DNA of 59,186 bases from an uncultured Thermomicrobiales bacterium (GTDB lineage Bacteria; Chloroflexota; Chloroflexia; Thermomicrobiales; UBA6265). Position numbers and translations under genes: made by a program. Numbering within the stretch: position 1 is the first letter of the stretch; every line of letters starts with the position of its first letter. The stretch lies in the NCBI GenBank assembly GCA_902806325.1, contig CADCWE010000225.1, positions 1 through 59,186 on the forward strand. The letters are read 5' to 3'. A model generated the notes under the pieces. It did not search any database and was not told where the DNA came from. It was given only the letters and a program-made list of their open reading frames with translations. Positions 39,078 to 48,301 of the stretch are shown one piece after another.

Positions 39078-40118
39078 CTACCGCCGTTCCGGCACACCGC
39101 GCAACCCTGCCAACTCGTCCGTCGCGTCCCGCCGCATTAGGTTGGCGATCGCTTCCCCGGCCGACCGTCCCTCGAACAGCACGGCGTGCAGTTGGTCGGT
39201 GATCGGCAGCTCGACGCCGTGGCGTCGGCCCAGCGCCAACGCCGCTGCGGTGGTCGCCACCCCTTCGGCAACCTGGGTCATCCCGGCTTGGATCTCGGCC
39301 AGGGTGCGGCCCATCGCCAGTTCTTGGCCGACCCGGTGGTTGCGACTGAGCCGGCTGGCGCAGGTGGCGACGAGGTCGCCGAGACCGGCCAAGCCGGCGA
39401 AGGTGAGCGGGTCGGCGCCGACCGCGACCCCCAGGCGGGCGATCTCGGCGATGCCGCGGGTCAGGAACGCGGCCTTGGCGTTGTCGCCGGCGTCCAAGCC
39501 GTCGGCCATCCCGGCGCCGATCGCGATCACGTTCTTCAGCGCCCCGCCCATCTCCACGCCGACCACGTCGCGGTTGGTGTAGCAGCGGAAGAACGGCCCG
39601 ATCAGCAGGTCGCGCGCCCGCGCGGCGGCGCCCGGATCGTGCCCGGCAACCACGGAGGTGGCCGGTTTCCCCTCGGCGATCTCCTTCGCCAGGTTCGGCC
39701 CGGAGAGCGCGCAGACGGTGCCCGCCGCCGCCGGGGGAAGCTCGTCCCCCACCACCTCGGTCATCCGCTTTAGCGTTCCCCGTTCCAACCCCTTGGCGGC
39801 GCTGACGACCAGCGCCTCGCCGACCAACGGCGCGATGGCGCGGGCGTTTTCGCGCATGGTCTGGCTGGGGACGACGAGCAGGATCAACGTCACGCCGTCG
39901 CAGGCGACGGTCAGATCGGAGGTCACGGCGACGTCGTCGGGCAGGGCGATGCCGGGCAGGAAGCGCTCGTTGACGCGGGCGGCGCGGATCGCCTCCGCCT
40001 CGGCTGGGTCGCGGACGTACAGCCGTGCCGTGTGCCCGGCTCGGGTCGCGACCAGGGCCAAGGTGGTACCCCAGGCGCCGGAGCCGATCACCGCGATGGT
40101 CGCCGTCGTTCCCGCCAT
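39078..40118 (-). CDS. gpsA: NAD(P)H-dependent glycerol-3-phosphate dehydrogenase
   Basis: IAVIGSGAWGTTLA Rossmann motif. ATG 40118 was chosen within a longer ORF. Confidence 0.92.
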   Translation of the reverse strand: MAGTTATIAVIGSGAWGTTLALVATRAGHTARLYVRDPAEAEAIRAARVNERFLPGIALPDDVAVTSDLTVACDGVTLILLVVPSQTMRENARAIAPLVGEALVVSAAKGLERGTLKRMTEVVGDELPPAAAGTVCALSGPNLAKEIAEGKPATSVVAGHDPGAAARARDLLIGPFFRCYTNRDVVGVEMGGALKNVIAIGAGMADGLDAGDNAKAAFLTRGIAEIARLGVAVGADPLTFAGLAGLGDLVATCASRLSRNHRVGQELAMGRTLAEIQAGMTQVAEGVATTAAALALGRRHGVELPITDQLHAVLFEGRSAGEAIANLMRRDATDELAGLRGVPERR

Positions 40119-40163
40119 CTCCACCCCCGGGGTTCCGCCGCGTCCGGCGGGCAGATCGGGCCG

Positions 40164-40192
40164 TTGACACCGTTTGGGTCGCCCCCTAGACT
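40164..40192 (+). promoter_or_regulatory. sigma-70-type promoter TTGACA-17nt-TAGACT for fabZ
   Basis: Exact -35 consensus and a 17-nt spacer, about 65 nt upstream of GTG 40262. Confidence 0.5.
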
Positions 40193-40261
40193 CCCGGCGC
40201 ATCCGCGGCCGGGGCGAGGGGTCGGGCGGCCGACTCCGAGCCGGCCGGAAACGAGGCGAAC

Positions 40262-40756
40262 GTGGCCGACTCGACCAAGCCGACGATCGAACCCGACGCC
40301 CCCGAACCGCCCACCGTCCTCGACGCCGTGGCGATCCAGCGCATCATCCCCCATCGCCACCCGTTCTTGCTCGTTGACCGGATCGTGGACCTGAACCCGG
40401 GCAAACGCGCGGTCGGGATCAAGAACGTGACGATGGGCGACGGCTTTTTCCAGGGCCATTTTCCGGCGTATCCGGTGATGCCCGGCGTCTTGATCGTCGA
40501 GGCGATCGCCCAGGTCGGCGCGATCGCTTTGCTTTCCATTGACGAGTTCCGGGGCAAACTCGCCTTCTTTGCCGGGATCGACAACGTGCGCTTCAAGCGC
40601 CAGGTGAGACCCGGAGACACCCTCCGATTGGCGGTCGAACTCGGCCAGGTCCGGCGCAACGTCGGCACCGGCTCCGGTACCGCCTCGGTCGACGGCGAGA
40701 TCGCGTGCCGGGGCGACTTTATGTTCGCCATCGCCCCGGCGCCGGAGGGCTTGTGA
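40262..40756 (+). CDS. fabZ: 3-hydroxyacyl-ACP dehydratase
   Basis: [32 protein letters not shown] hot-dog signature. Confidence 0.93.
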   Translation: MADSTKPTIEPDAPEPPTVLDAVAIQRIIPHRHPFLLVDRIVDLNPGKRAVGIKNVTMGDGFFQGHFPAYPVMPGVLIVEAIAQVGAIALLSIDEFRGKLAFFAGIDNVRFKRQVRPGDTLRLAVELGQVRRNVGTGSGTASVDGEIACRGDFMFAIAPAPEGL

Positions 40757-40791
40757 CGGGCGCTTCCCGGCCGATCCCGCGCCGTCGCGGT

Positions 40792-40807
40792 TGGCACGTC
40801 CCGTGCA
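40792..40807 (+). promoter_or_regulatory. sigma-54-like -24/-12 element TGGCAC-N5-GTGCA
   Basis: GG at 40793-40794 and GC at 40805-40806 have the canonical 12-nt register. It lies 30 nt upstream of ATG 40837, and the SD GGGAGG falls downstream of the predicted TSS. Confidence 0.35.
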
Positions 40808-40836
40808 TCCCCGTGGCCCCCGGGAGGTAGCGGCGG

Positions 40837-41364
40837 ATGGCAAGCTCGGCGCGGGTCACCGGCCTCATCCTGGTGGCAATCGGACTGGTACTCGCCGTCG
40901 GCGTCCCCGCCTGGCTGTGGAGCGGGCGCGCGGAAGGCACGCTCGAAGGGTCCGGGCTGGTACTCGGTTTGGTCGGCTGCTACTCCGTGGTCGTTCTGCC
41001 GCTGATCGGCGGCGGAGTCTACTTCTTGCTGCGGGGTCGGGCCGAGACGGCCGAACTGGCCGACGTCGCGGGGCAGCGCAAATTGCTCGATATCGTTTCC
41101 ACCCGGGGCAAGGTCAGCATCGCCGATCTGGTGCTGGAGTTGAAGTCGACCCGCCAAGAGGTTCAGGATGATCTGCACGAACTCGTCGGCCGCGGGTTGT
41201 TCAGCGGCTACGTGGATTGGAAGGAAGGCGTCCTCTATTCCGTCGAGGCGTCGAAGCTGCAAGGGCAGGGGCATTGCCCGAACTGCGGCGGCCAACTGGA
41301 ACTCGCTGGCAAGGGCCTGATCGAGTGTCCGTATTGCGGCGCGGAGATCTTTCTCGCCCGCTAA
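40837..41364 (+). CDS. membrane protein: 2 TM segments, a helical (wHTH-like) segment and a C-terminal zinc ribbon. First gene of the Psp module
   Basis: 175 aa. TM1 is LILVAIGLVLAVGV and TM2 is VVVLPLIGGGVYFLL. Zinc ribbon CPNCGG..CPYCG. SD GGGAGG. Confidence 0.7.
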   Translation: MASSARVTGLILVAIGLVLAVGVPAWLWSGRAEGTLEGSGLVLGLVGCYSVVVLPLIGGGVYFLLRGRAETAELADVAGQRKLLDIVSTRGKVSIADLVLELKSTRQEVQDDLHELVGRGLFSGYVDWKEGVLYSVEASKLQGQGHCPNCGGQLELAGKGLIECPYCGAEIFLAR

Positions 41365-41410
41365 TTCCGCGGCGGGCGGACGGGGCCGCGCGGGAACAAG
41401 GAGAGGCGCG

Positions 41411-42445
41411 ATGGGCTTCGGCCGAGACATCGAACGCCGGCTGGATACGGTCCTCGACCGCATCCCCGGCTACCGGGGATACCGGGCGAAGGAAGACCGC
41501 CGCGACGCCGACCGGCGGGTGCGCGAACACCTCGCGACCGCCTTCGCCGGTCAGGCCGAACGGGTCGAGCGGGTGGCGCGGGAACTGGCGGACCAACGGC
41601 GACTGGCCGACATCGCACCGGTCGACGAGTTCGCCCGCGCGGTCCGCCACCTGATCGACCGCATCGGCGCCTTGCCGTTCGGCTACGGCGGGCTCTTCTC
41701 CGATCGGGACGTCGACGAGCGCGCCTTGGACCAGATCCGCTTGTTCGACGAAGGATTGATGGCCGGCGTCGCCGAGCTGAAGATTCCGATCGGGCAACTG
41801 GAAAGCGCGTTCGCGTCCGGCGAGAACCTGGCCACCCCGGCACGCGCGGGATCGACCGCGACGCGCGCCATCCTGACCCGGCTCAGCCTTCGCCAGCAGG
41901 TGGTCGAGACCGCGGAACCGGCGCCGGAGGAGAGCGTCCTGGCCGCGCTCGAGGCCGGCGGCGCGGCGCCGCACGCCGCCTACAACCTGGCGATCGACGA
42001 CGCCCTCTCCATCCTGGGGGACAACTTCGTCGTCGACGCCCGGCTCGACCTCGACGCCGACGAACACGGGCTGCGCTTGTTCCGGCTGCGGGGGGGGAAC
42101 GCCGAGCGATGGTTGGCCGTGGCAAAGCGCGCCGAGGACGGGTTGGCGTCGGTCGCCCCGTCCACCGACGCGGTCGCCGAGGGCGCCAACGGCGGGGGGC
42201 CGACCATCGGCGGAGCGACCTACGCCGTGGTTGCCGCCGGCTCCGGCGAGGGCGTCCTCGACGGGGCCGGCGGCTCCTCCGGGCGGCGCCCGGTGCGGTA
42301 CCGTCTCCTGCGGGGCGAGACCGACGCCGCCGCCCGCGCGGTGGCGATCGACTGGGGAACCGAGCGCCAACTCTTCGTCGGAACCTCGGTCCATCCGAAC
42401 GACGTCGAGGTGTTCGCCTCGGCGCCGGCGGACGCGTTGAATTAG
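41411..42445 (+). CDS. hypothetical protein: charged helical N-half plus DUF4178-like C-half
   Basis: 344 aa with the strong SD AAGGAGAGG. The C-half (..LSILGDNFVVDARLDL..RWLAV..YRLLRG..IDWGTERQLFVG..V..VF) resembles DUF4178 by eye. Confidence 0.65.
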   Translation: MGFGRDIERRLDTVLDRIPGYRGYRAKEDRRDADRRVREHLATAFAGQAERVERVARELADQRRLADIAPVDEFARAVRHLIDRIGALPFGYGGLFSDRDVDERALDQIRLFDEGLMAGVAELKIPIGQLESAFASGENLATPARAGSTATRAILTRLSLRQQVVETAEPAPEESVLAALEAGGAAPHAAYNLAIDDALSILGDNFVVDARLDLDADEHGLRLFRLRGGNAERWLAVAKRAEDGLASVAPSTDAVAEGANGGGPTIGGATYAVVAAGSGEGVLDGAGGSSGRRPVRYRLLRGETDAAARAVAIDWGTERQLFVGTSVHPNDVEVFASAPADALN

Positions 42446-42508
42446 GCTTTCCACCGGATCGCGCACGGGCGACCCGGCCACGGTCACGCAGCAAGGGAGA
42501 AACGTCCG

Positions 42509-43285
42509 ATGGGCATCATGGACCGGCTATCGCGCCTGATCCGCGCCAACGTCAACGAGATGATCGACAAGGCCGAAGACCCGGAGAAGATGCTCGACCA
42601 GATCCTGCGGGACATGCAGTCCAACATCACCACCGCCCGCGCCCAGGTGGCGGCGATGATCGCCCAGGAAAAGGAACTCGAGGCGGATCTCAACGAGACG
42701 CGCGAACTCGGCGCCGAGTGGGGTCAAAAGGCCCAGCGGGCCGTGGCCGCCGGCAAGGACGACCTCGCGCGCGAGGCGCTACGGCGCAAGCGCGACAACG
42801 AGGAGAACGCCAAGGTCTACGAGCAACAGTACCGGGTCCAGTTGCAGGCCGTCGACAAGCTAAAGACCCAACTCCGGCAGCTCGAAGCCAAGTACCAGAC
42901 GACGCTGAGCCAAAAGGACGCCCTGATCGCCCGCCAACGGCGTGCCAAGGCCCAGGTCCAGGTCGCCCAAACGCTGTCCACCTTCTCGCCGATGGACCCG
43001 TCCGGCGAACTGGATCGGATGGAGCGCAAGATCCGCAGCGGCGAATCGCAGGCGGCGGCGATGCTGGAGATGGGCGACGAGTCCTTCGACGCCCAGTTCC
43101 GCGAACTCGACGTCGACCACGACATCGAGGCCGAGCTGGAGGCCCTCAAGGGCGGCGGATCGGCCGGACTGGCGCTCGGCAGCGGCGGAGACGCCCCCGG
43201 CGCGACGACGGATGCCGCCGACGACCCGTTGGCCGCCGGCGCGACCACGGGATCGAGCGCGGACACGCCCGGCGCGGTCCGTTAG
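42509..43285 (+). CDS. pspA: PspA/IM30 (Vipp1/LiaH) family protein
   Basis: MGIMDRLSRLIRANVNEMIDKAEDPEKMLDQILRDM is a canonical N-terminus. Coiled coil throughout, with a Gly/Ala/Asp-rich tail. Confidence 0.93.
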   Translation: MGIMDRLSRLIRANVNEMIDKAEDPEKMLDQILRDMQSNITTARAQVAAMIAQEKELEADLNETRELGAEWGQKAQRAVAAGKDDLAREALRRKRDNEENAKVYEQQYRVQLQAVDKLKTQLRQLEAKYQTTLSQKDALIARQRRAKAQVQVAQTLSTFSPMDPSGELDRMERKIRSGESQAAAMLEMGDESFDAQFRELDVDHDIEAELEALKGGGSAGLALGSGGDAPGATTDAADDPLAAGATTGSSADTPGAVR

Positions 43286-43389
43286 CGACCGCCCGCCACC
43301 CCCCCGCCCCGATCGTCGCGGCCCTCGTTCGTCGCCGCCGATCCGGCGCGGGCGAGGGCCGATCCGCTTCGCGACCAAGGAGCGCCACC

Positions 43390-44457
43390 ATGGCCGTCCT
43401 CGACCTGATCGAGCATCCCGACGAGTCGGCGAACGAGATCGTCCACCGCGAACCGGAATCGGGGTCCGGCGAGTTCCGCCTCGGGTCCCAGCTCGTGGTG
43501 CGGGAATCGCAGCGCGCCGTCTTCGTCCGCGACGGCAAGGCGCTCGACGTCTTTGGCCCCGGCCGGCACACCCTGTCGACCAACAACATCCCGCTCCTCG
43601 GGGCCCTGATCGGCGCCCCCTTCGGCGGCAAGTCGCCGTTCACGGCCGAGGTCTTCTTCGTCTCGCTGCGCGAGTTCACCGACATGAAATGGGGCACCCC
43701 GCAACCGCTCGCCTTCCGGGACAGCGAACTGGGGATGGTCCGCCTGCGCGCCTTCGGTACCTACTCGATGCGGGTGGCCGAGCCGCAACTGTTCGTCAAT
43801 CAGGTGGTCGGTAACCGCGGCAACTACACCACCGGCGCGATCGATGACTTCCTGAAGAGCGTGGTGATCGCCGAGTTCAACGACATCCTCGGCGGCGTCC
43901 AAACCACCATCCTCGATCTGCCCGCGCTCTCCAACGAGATGGCGACCGCCCTCCGCAATGCCCTCTCCGACGACTTCGAGCGCCTCGGTTTGGCGCTGAC
44001 CACGCTCCAGATCTCCGCCGTCACCCCGCCGGAGGAGGTCCAAAAGCGGATCGACGAGCGCTCCGGCATGGGCGCGCTCGGCGACATGCGAGCTTACACC
44101 CAATACCGCACCGCGCAGGCGATCGGCGACGCCGCCAACAACCCCGGCGCCGCCGGTGATGTGGCCGCGACCGGGGTCGGGTTCGGCGCCGGCCTCGGCA
44201 TGGGCCAGGCGATGGCCGGCGCCGTCCGCGACGCCTTCGCCACCCCGGAGTCCGCCCCGGCTGGTGCCCCGGTGGCGTCCACCGCCACGGCGACGGTGGC
44301 CTGCCCCAACTGCCAGGCCATCATCCCCGCCAACGCCAAGTTCTGCCCCAACTGCGGCCAAGCGCGCGCCTCGACCGCGGTTTGCCCCAAGTGCGCGACC
44401 GAGAACCCGGTCGGGGCGAAGTTCTGCACCAATTGCGGGACGGCGTTGGCCCAATAG
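43390..44457 (+). CDS. SPFH/Band-7 protein with a C-terminal double zinc ribbon (YdjI / COG4260-like)
   Basis: SPFH core (LVVRESQRAVFVRDGKALDVFGPGRHTL..), a Gly/Ala linker, then CPNC..CPNC and CPKC..CTNC. SD AAGGAG. Confidence 0.85.
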   Translation: MAVLDLIEHPDESANEIVHREPESGSGEFRLGSQLVVRESQRAVFVRDGKALDVFGPGRHTLSTNNIPLLGALIGAPFGGKSPFTAEVFFVSLREFTDMKWGTPQPLAFRDSELGMVRLRAFGTYSMRVAEPQLFVNQVVGNRGNYTTGAIDDFLKSVVIAEFNDILGGVQTTILDLPALSNEMATALRNALSDDFERLGLALTTLQISAVTPPEEVQKRIDERSGMGALGDMRAYTQYRTAQAIGDAANNPGAAGDVAATGVGFGAGLGMGQAMAGAVRDAFATPESAPAGAPVASTATATVACPNCQAIIPANAKFCPNCGQARASTAVCPKCATENPVGAKFCTNCGTALAQ

Positions 44458-44657
44458 TCGCTCGTCCCGACCCCCGACCCCGTCGCCAATCTGGAACGCC
44501 AACCGACTTGGCGGGCCGAGAAGGCGCCGCCCGGCCGGTGGCGCTGCCCGGCATAGCGGTCGATGTCGACCGACGATTTGCTCGGCTACCACGCCGCCCC
44601 ACACGGCGCAAATGGTGCGTCCGTACGCCCTCAATCGTGGCCGGATCGGCCCCGCGC

Positions 44658-44666
44658 TGGTATACT
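44658..44666 (+). promoter_or_regulatory. candidate extended -10 (TGGTATACT) for gyrA
   Basis: The same 9-mer as the pheS leader promoter, about 60 nt upstream of the gyrA start. Confidence 0.4.
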
Positions 44667-44724
44667 TATGTCCGATTAGCGACACAGCATCGCGCCCGCC
44701 ACGGACGCTAGGGGGTTGATCGGC

Positions 44725-47253
44725 GTGGAGATCGGAAACGTCCGACTGGCCAGCATCGATACCGAGATGCGGCAGTCGTTCCTCGACTACGCGGTCAGCG
44801 TGATCGTCCAGCGCGCCCTGCCCGACGCGCGCGACGGCCTGAAACCCGTCCACCGGCGCGTCCTTTACGCGATGCACGAGATGGGCCTGCGCGCCAACAC
44901 CCGCTACCGCAAGAGCGCTGGTATCGTCGGCGAGGTGCTCAAGAACTACCACCCCCACTCCGATACCGCCGCCTACGACACGTTGGTCCGGATGGCGCAG
45001 GGGTTCAATCTCCGTTACCCGTTGGTCGACGGCCAGGGCAACTTTGGCTCGGTCGACGGCGACGGCGCCGCGGCGATGCGCTACACCGAGGCGCGCCTGA
45101 CCGCGATCGCCGACGAACTGCTGGCCGACATCGAGAAGAAGACCGTCGACTACAAGCCCAACTACGACGCCTCCCTCCAAGAGCCGATCGTGTTTCCGGC
45201 CCGTTTGCCCAATCTGCTGATCAACGGCAGCTCCGGGATCGCGGTCGGGATGGCGACCAACATCCCGCCCCACAACCTGAACGAGATCTGCGACGCCGTG
45301 ATCCATTTGGTCGACCACCCCGAGGCGACGGTCGAAGACCTGATGGCGATCGTCAAGGGTCCGGACTTCCCGACCGGCGGCACCATCCTCGGCACCGAGG
45401 GGATTAAAGCCGCCTACGCCACCGGGCGAGGCCGGGTCGTGATCCGGGCCAAGGCGTTCGTCGAGGAAGCGGCGCGGGGCAACCGCTACCAAATCGTGGT
45501 CACCGAGCTGCCCTACCAGGTCAACAAGGCGGCGCTGCTGGAGCGGATCGCCGAGCTGGTCAAGGACGACAAACTCGACGGCATCAGCGACCTGCGCGAC
45601 GAGTCCGACCGCTCCGGGATGCGGGCGATCATCGAGCTGAAGCGCGACGCCCAGCCGATGAAGGTCCTCAACAACCTGTTCAAGCACACCGCGCTGCAGC
45701 AGACCTTCGGCGTCAACATGGTCGCCCTGGTCGAGAACGGCAGCCAGCCCCGCGTCCTCACGCTGCGCCGCGTGCTGCAGGAGTACGTCGGCCACCGCCA
45801 AGACGTGATCACCCGCCGCACCCAGTTCGAGCTGGAGCGCGCCCGCCGCCGCGCCCACGTCCTCGAAGGGCTCAAGATCGCGCTCGACCAAATCGACGCG
45901 GTCATTGCGACGATTCGCCGCTCGCAGACCACCGACACGGCGCGCAAGAACCTGATGTCCGGCTTCAAGCTGTCCGAGGTCCAGGCCAACGCGATCCTCG
46001 ACCTCCGCCTCGCCCGCCTGGCGGCCCTGGAGCGCAAAAAGATCGACGACGAGCACAAAGAGGTGCTGCGCGAGATCGGCCGCTTGGAAGCGATCCTGGG
46101 CGATCCGAAGGAGATCCTGGCCATCATCCGCCAGGACATGGCCGACCTGAAGGAAAAGTACGGCGACGAACGGCGGACCCGAATCCAGGACATCTCCGGT
46201 CTCCTCAGCGAGGAAGACCTGATCCCGGAGGTGGACGTCCTGGTCACCGTCACCACCCGCGGCTACGTGAAGCGGATCGCCGACGACGTCTACAAGACCC
46301 AGCACCGCGGTGGGCGGGGCATCACCGGCGTCACGATGCGAGACGAGGACGCGGTCCAGCACATCCTCTCCGCCAACACGATGGACTCCTTGCTGGTCTT
46401 CACCAACCGGGGCAAGGTCTACCACCTCAAGGTCCACGAATTGCCGGACGCCGGGCGGACCGCCAAGGGCGTGCCGATCGTCAACCTGATCAACATCGAA
46501 CCGAACGAGACCGTGACCACCCTGATGCGGATCAAGGACTTCTCGTCGGCCAAGCACCTCTTCTTCGTCACCCGGTTGGGCCGGGTGAAGCGGGTCAACC
46601 TGGAGCAGTTCCAGAGCGTCCGCTCCTCCGGGCTGATCGCCATCGGCTTGGAAGAGGGAGACGAGTTGGCCTGGGTTCGGATGACCTCCGGCACGGAGGA
46701 CGTGATGTTGATCACCGAGCAGGGCCAGGCGATCCGGTTCTCGGAAACCGACGCCCGGGCGATGGGTCGCCCCGCCGCCGGGGTGATCGGGATCCGGCTC
46801 GATCCGTCGGATCGGATCATCGCCTTCGACGTCGTCGACCCGGAGCGCGACGTGTTCCTGGTCGCGGCCAAGGGCCTCGGCAAGCGGACCCCGGTCGCCC
46901 AGTACCCGGTCCAGGGCCGCGGGGGCAAGGGCGTCACGGCGATGAAACTGACCCTGCGCACCGGACCGATCGTCGCCGCCGGGATGGTCGACCCCGGCGA
47001 CACGGTGATGATGATGAGCACCGGTGGGATCGTGATCCGGATCCCGGCGTCCCAGATCTCGCGCATCGGCCGCGCCACCCAGGGCGTGACCCTGATGCGG
47101 CTGGGCGAGCGGGAGCAGGTGGCGACGATGACGATCGTCGGCCCGAAGAGCGACTACGACGGGATGGGAGTCCTTGAGGTGGTCGCCGACTCCAATGGCC
47201 ACGCGTTGACCGCCACCGCAACCAAGGGTACCAACGGCGCGACCAGCGCGTAG
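44725..47253 (+). CDS. gyrA: DNA gyrase subunit A
   Basis: [16 protein letters not shown] and [10 protein letters not shown] (active-site Tyr), with C-terminal beta-pinwheel repeats. GTG 44725 has SD spacing of 9 nt and is preferred over TTG 44716. Confidence 0.95.
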   Translation: MEIGNVRLASIDTEMRQSFLDYAVSVIVQRALPDARDGLKPVHRRVLYAMHEMGLRANTRYRKSAGIVGEVLKNYHPHSDTAAYDTLVRMAQGFNLRYPLVDGQGNFGSVDGDGAAAMRYTEARLTAIADELLADIEKKTVDYKPNYDASLQEPIVFPARLPNLLINGSSGIAVGMATNIPPHNLNEICDAVIHLVDHPEATVEDLMAIVKGPDFPTGGTILGTEGIKAAYATGRGRVVIRAKAFVEEAARGNRYQIVVTELPYQVNKAALLERIAELVKDDKLDGISDLRDESDRSGMRAIIELKRDAQPMKVLNNLFKHTALQQTFGVNMVALVENGSQPRVLTLRRVLQEYVGHRQDVITRRTQFELERARRRAHVLEGLKIALDQIDAVIATIRRSQTTDTARKNLMSGFKLSEVQANAILDLRLARLAALERKKIDDEHKEVLREIGRLEAILGDPKEILAIIRQDMADLKEKYGDERRTRIQDISGLLSEEDLIPEVDVLVTVTTRGYVKRIADDVYKTQHRGGRGITGVTMRDEDAVQHILSANTMDSLLVFTNRGKVYHLKVHELPDAGRTAKGVPIVNLINIEPNETVTTLMRIKDFSSAKHLFFVTRLGRVKRVNLEQFQSVRSSGLIAIGLEEGDELAWVRMTSGTEDVMLITEQGQAIRFSETDARAMGRPAAGVIGIRLDPSDRIIAFDVVDPERDVFLVAAKGLGKRTPVAQYPVQGRGGKGVTAMKLTLRTGPIVAAGMVDPGDTVMMMSTGGIVIRIPASQISRIGRATQGVTLMRLGEREQVATMTIVGPKSDYDGMGVLEVVADSNGHALTATATKGTNGATSA

Positions 47254-47335
47254 TCGGCCGCCGCTCTGGGCTGGGCAACGGGCATCCTCCTCGCGGGTGC
47301 CCGTTGTCAGATCGCCACGATCCTGGTCGCCGAAC

Positions 47336-48298
47336 TCAGATTCGCCGCCCGTTGGCGTTGGTGGCCATGACCAGTCCAACCCGCCGCGCCCACAGCGCCA
47401 GGAGCGGCGCGGTGACAACCAGCACGACGACGGCGACGACGATCACCGCCCCGTAGCGGCGGACCGCATCGTCGCTGGTGGCGGCGAAGGTCGGACCACG
47501 GCCAAACAGCCAGAGCGCCACCAACTGGACGCCGACGCCCGCTGGACCGGCGATCGGGCGCAATCCTTGGGGCAGGATCCAGGCGACGGTCGTCACCATC
47601 GCGGCCAGCGCCATCGCCTCGATCAGCGCCCGCAGCGCGTCGTCCTGGCCCTCGACCACGCGCGTGCCGAGGACGGCGGTCGCCGCCAGCGCGGCCGGCA
47701 AGAACAGCAGCGAGGCGTGTTCCGGATCGGCGCGGGAAACGAATGCGCTCCATCCGGCGATGACGAGCAGGACGGCAACGGTGGCGCCGGTCGCGGCCAG
47801 CAACGGCGTCCGGACGCTCGGATCTTGCCCGAAATCCAGGTACGGCTCCTGGGTCAGGTAGACTTGCAACGAGGCCAGCGGCACCAGCGCCAGGGTAACG
47901 AGCAGGTCCACCGTCCACACCCGAGCGACCAGATCCTGCCCCGCCAGCCGCGCCAACGCCAGCCCGACGGACTGCCCCACCGCCACCACCAACGCCGCCC
48001 CGGCCGGGGTTGGCAAGCCAAACCCCGCCCCAACGACCAGCGCCGCGACCGCCAGCAGCGCCGTCGCCGCGTGCGGCAGCGCCACCAAGAGGGCCGTCGG
48101 CGCGGACCGCCGGGCGCGCCGCTCCTCCACGGGAGGCCGCCGCGCCCGCTCCCGGGGAACGACGCGGCGCGGCGCGGTCGGAATCGCGTCCGGCAGGTCG
48201 TCCGAGGAGTCCGGGAACGGGAAGTCGGGCAGGCGCGGAGGGGGCGCATCGAGCAACGGCGGCTGGGAATCGGGCGTTTCCATCGCGGCTCCGGGCAT
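47336..48298 (-). CDS. polytopic membrane protein, unknown family
   Basis: 320 aa with a Pro/Arg-rich N-terminal tail and then about 7 TM segments. It starts 3 nt after the histidinol-phosphatase stop. Confidence 0.6.
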   Translation of the reverse strand: MPGAAMETPDSQPPLLDAPPPRLPDFPFPDSSDDLPDAIPTAPRRVVPRERARRPPVEERRARRSAPTALLVALPHAATALLAVAALVVGAGFGLPTPAGAALVVAVGQSVGLALARLAGQDLVARVWTVDLLVTLALVPLASLQVYLTQEPYLDFGQDPSVRTPLLAATGATVAVLLVIAGWSAFVSRADPEHASLLFLPAALAATAVLGTRVVEGQDDALRALIEAMALAAMVTTVAWILPQGLRPIAGPAGVGVQLVALWLFGRGPTFAATSDDAVRRYGAVIVVAVVVLVVTAPLLALWARRVGLVMATNANGRRI

Positions 48299-48301
48299 GG
48301 C

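Noticed and set aside
43282-47418. A 1378-aa ORF antisense to gyrA. There are many other long alternative-frame or antisense ORFs, for example 24176-26263 (+) opposite pheT, 30248-32647 (+) opposite mutS2, 37435-40170 (-), 42109-43389 (+) and 26518-29094 (-) beyond pheS.
   Set aside because: Their translations are Arg/Gly/Pro/Ala-rich low-complexity strings with no recognisable domains. They overlap genes whose products show unmistakable conserved motifs. Stop-codon scarcity at about 70% GC produces such shadows.
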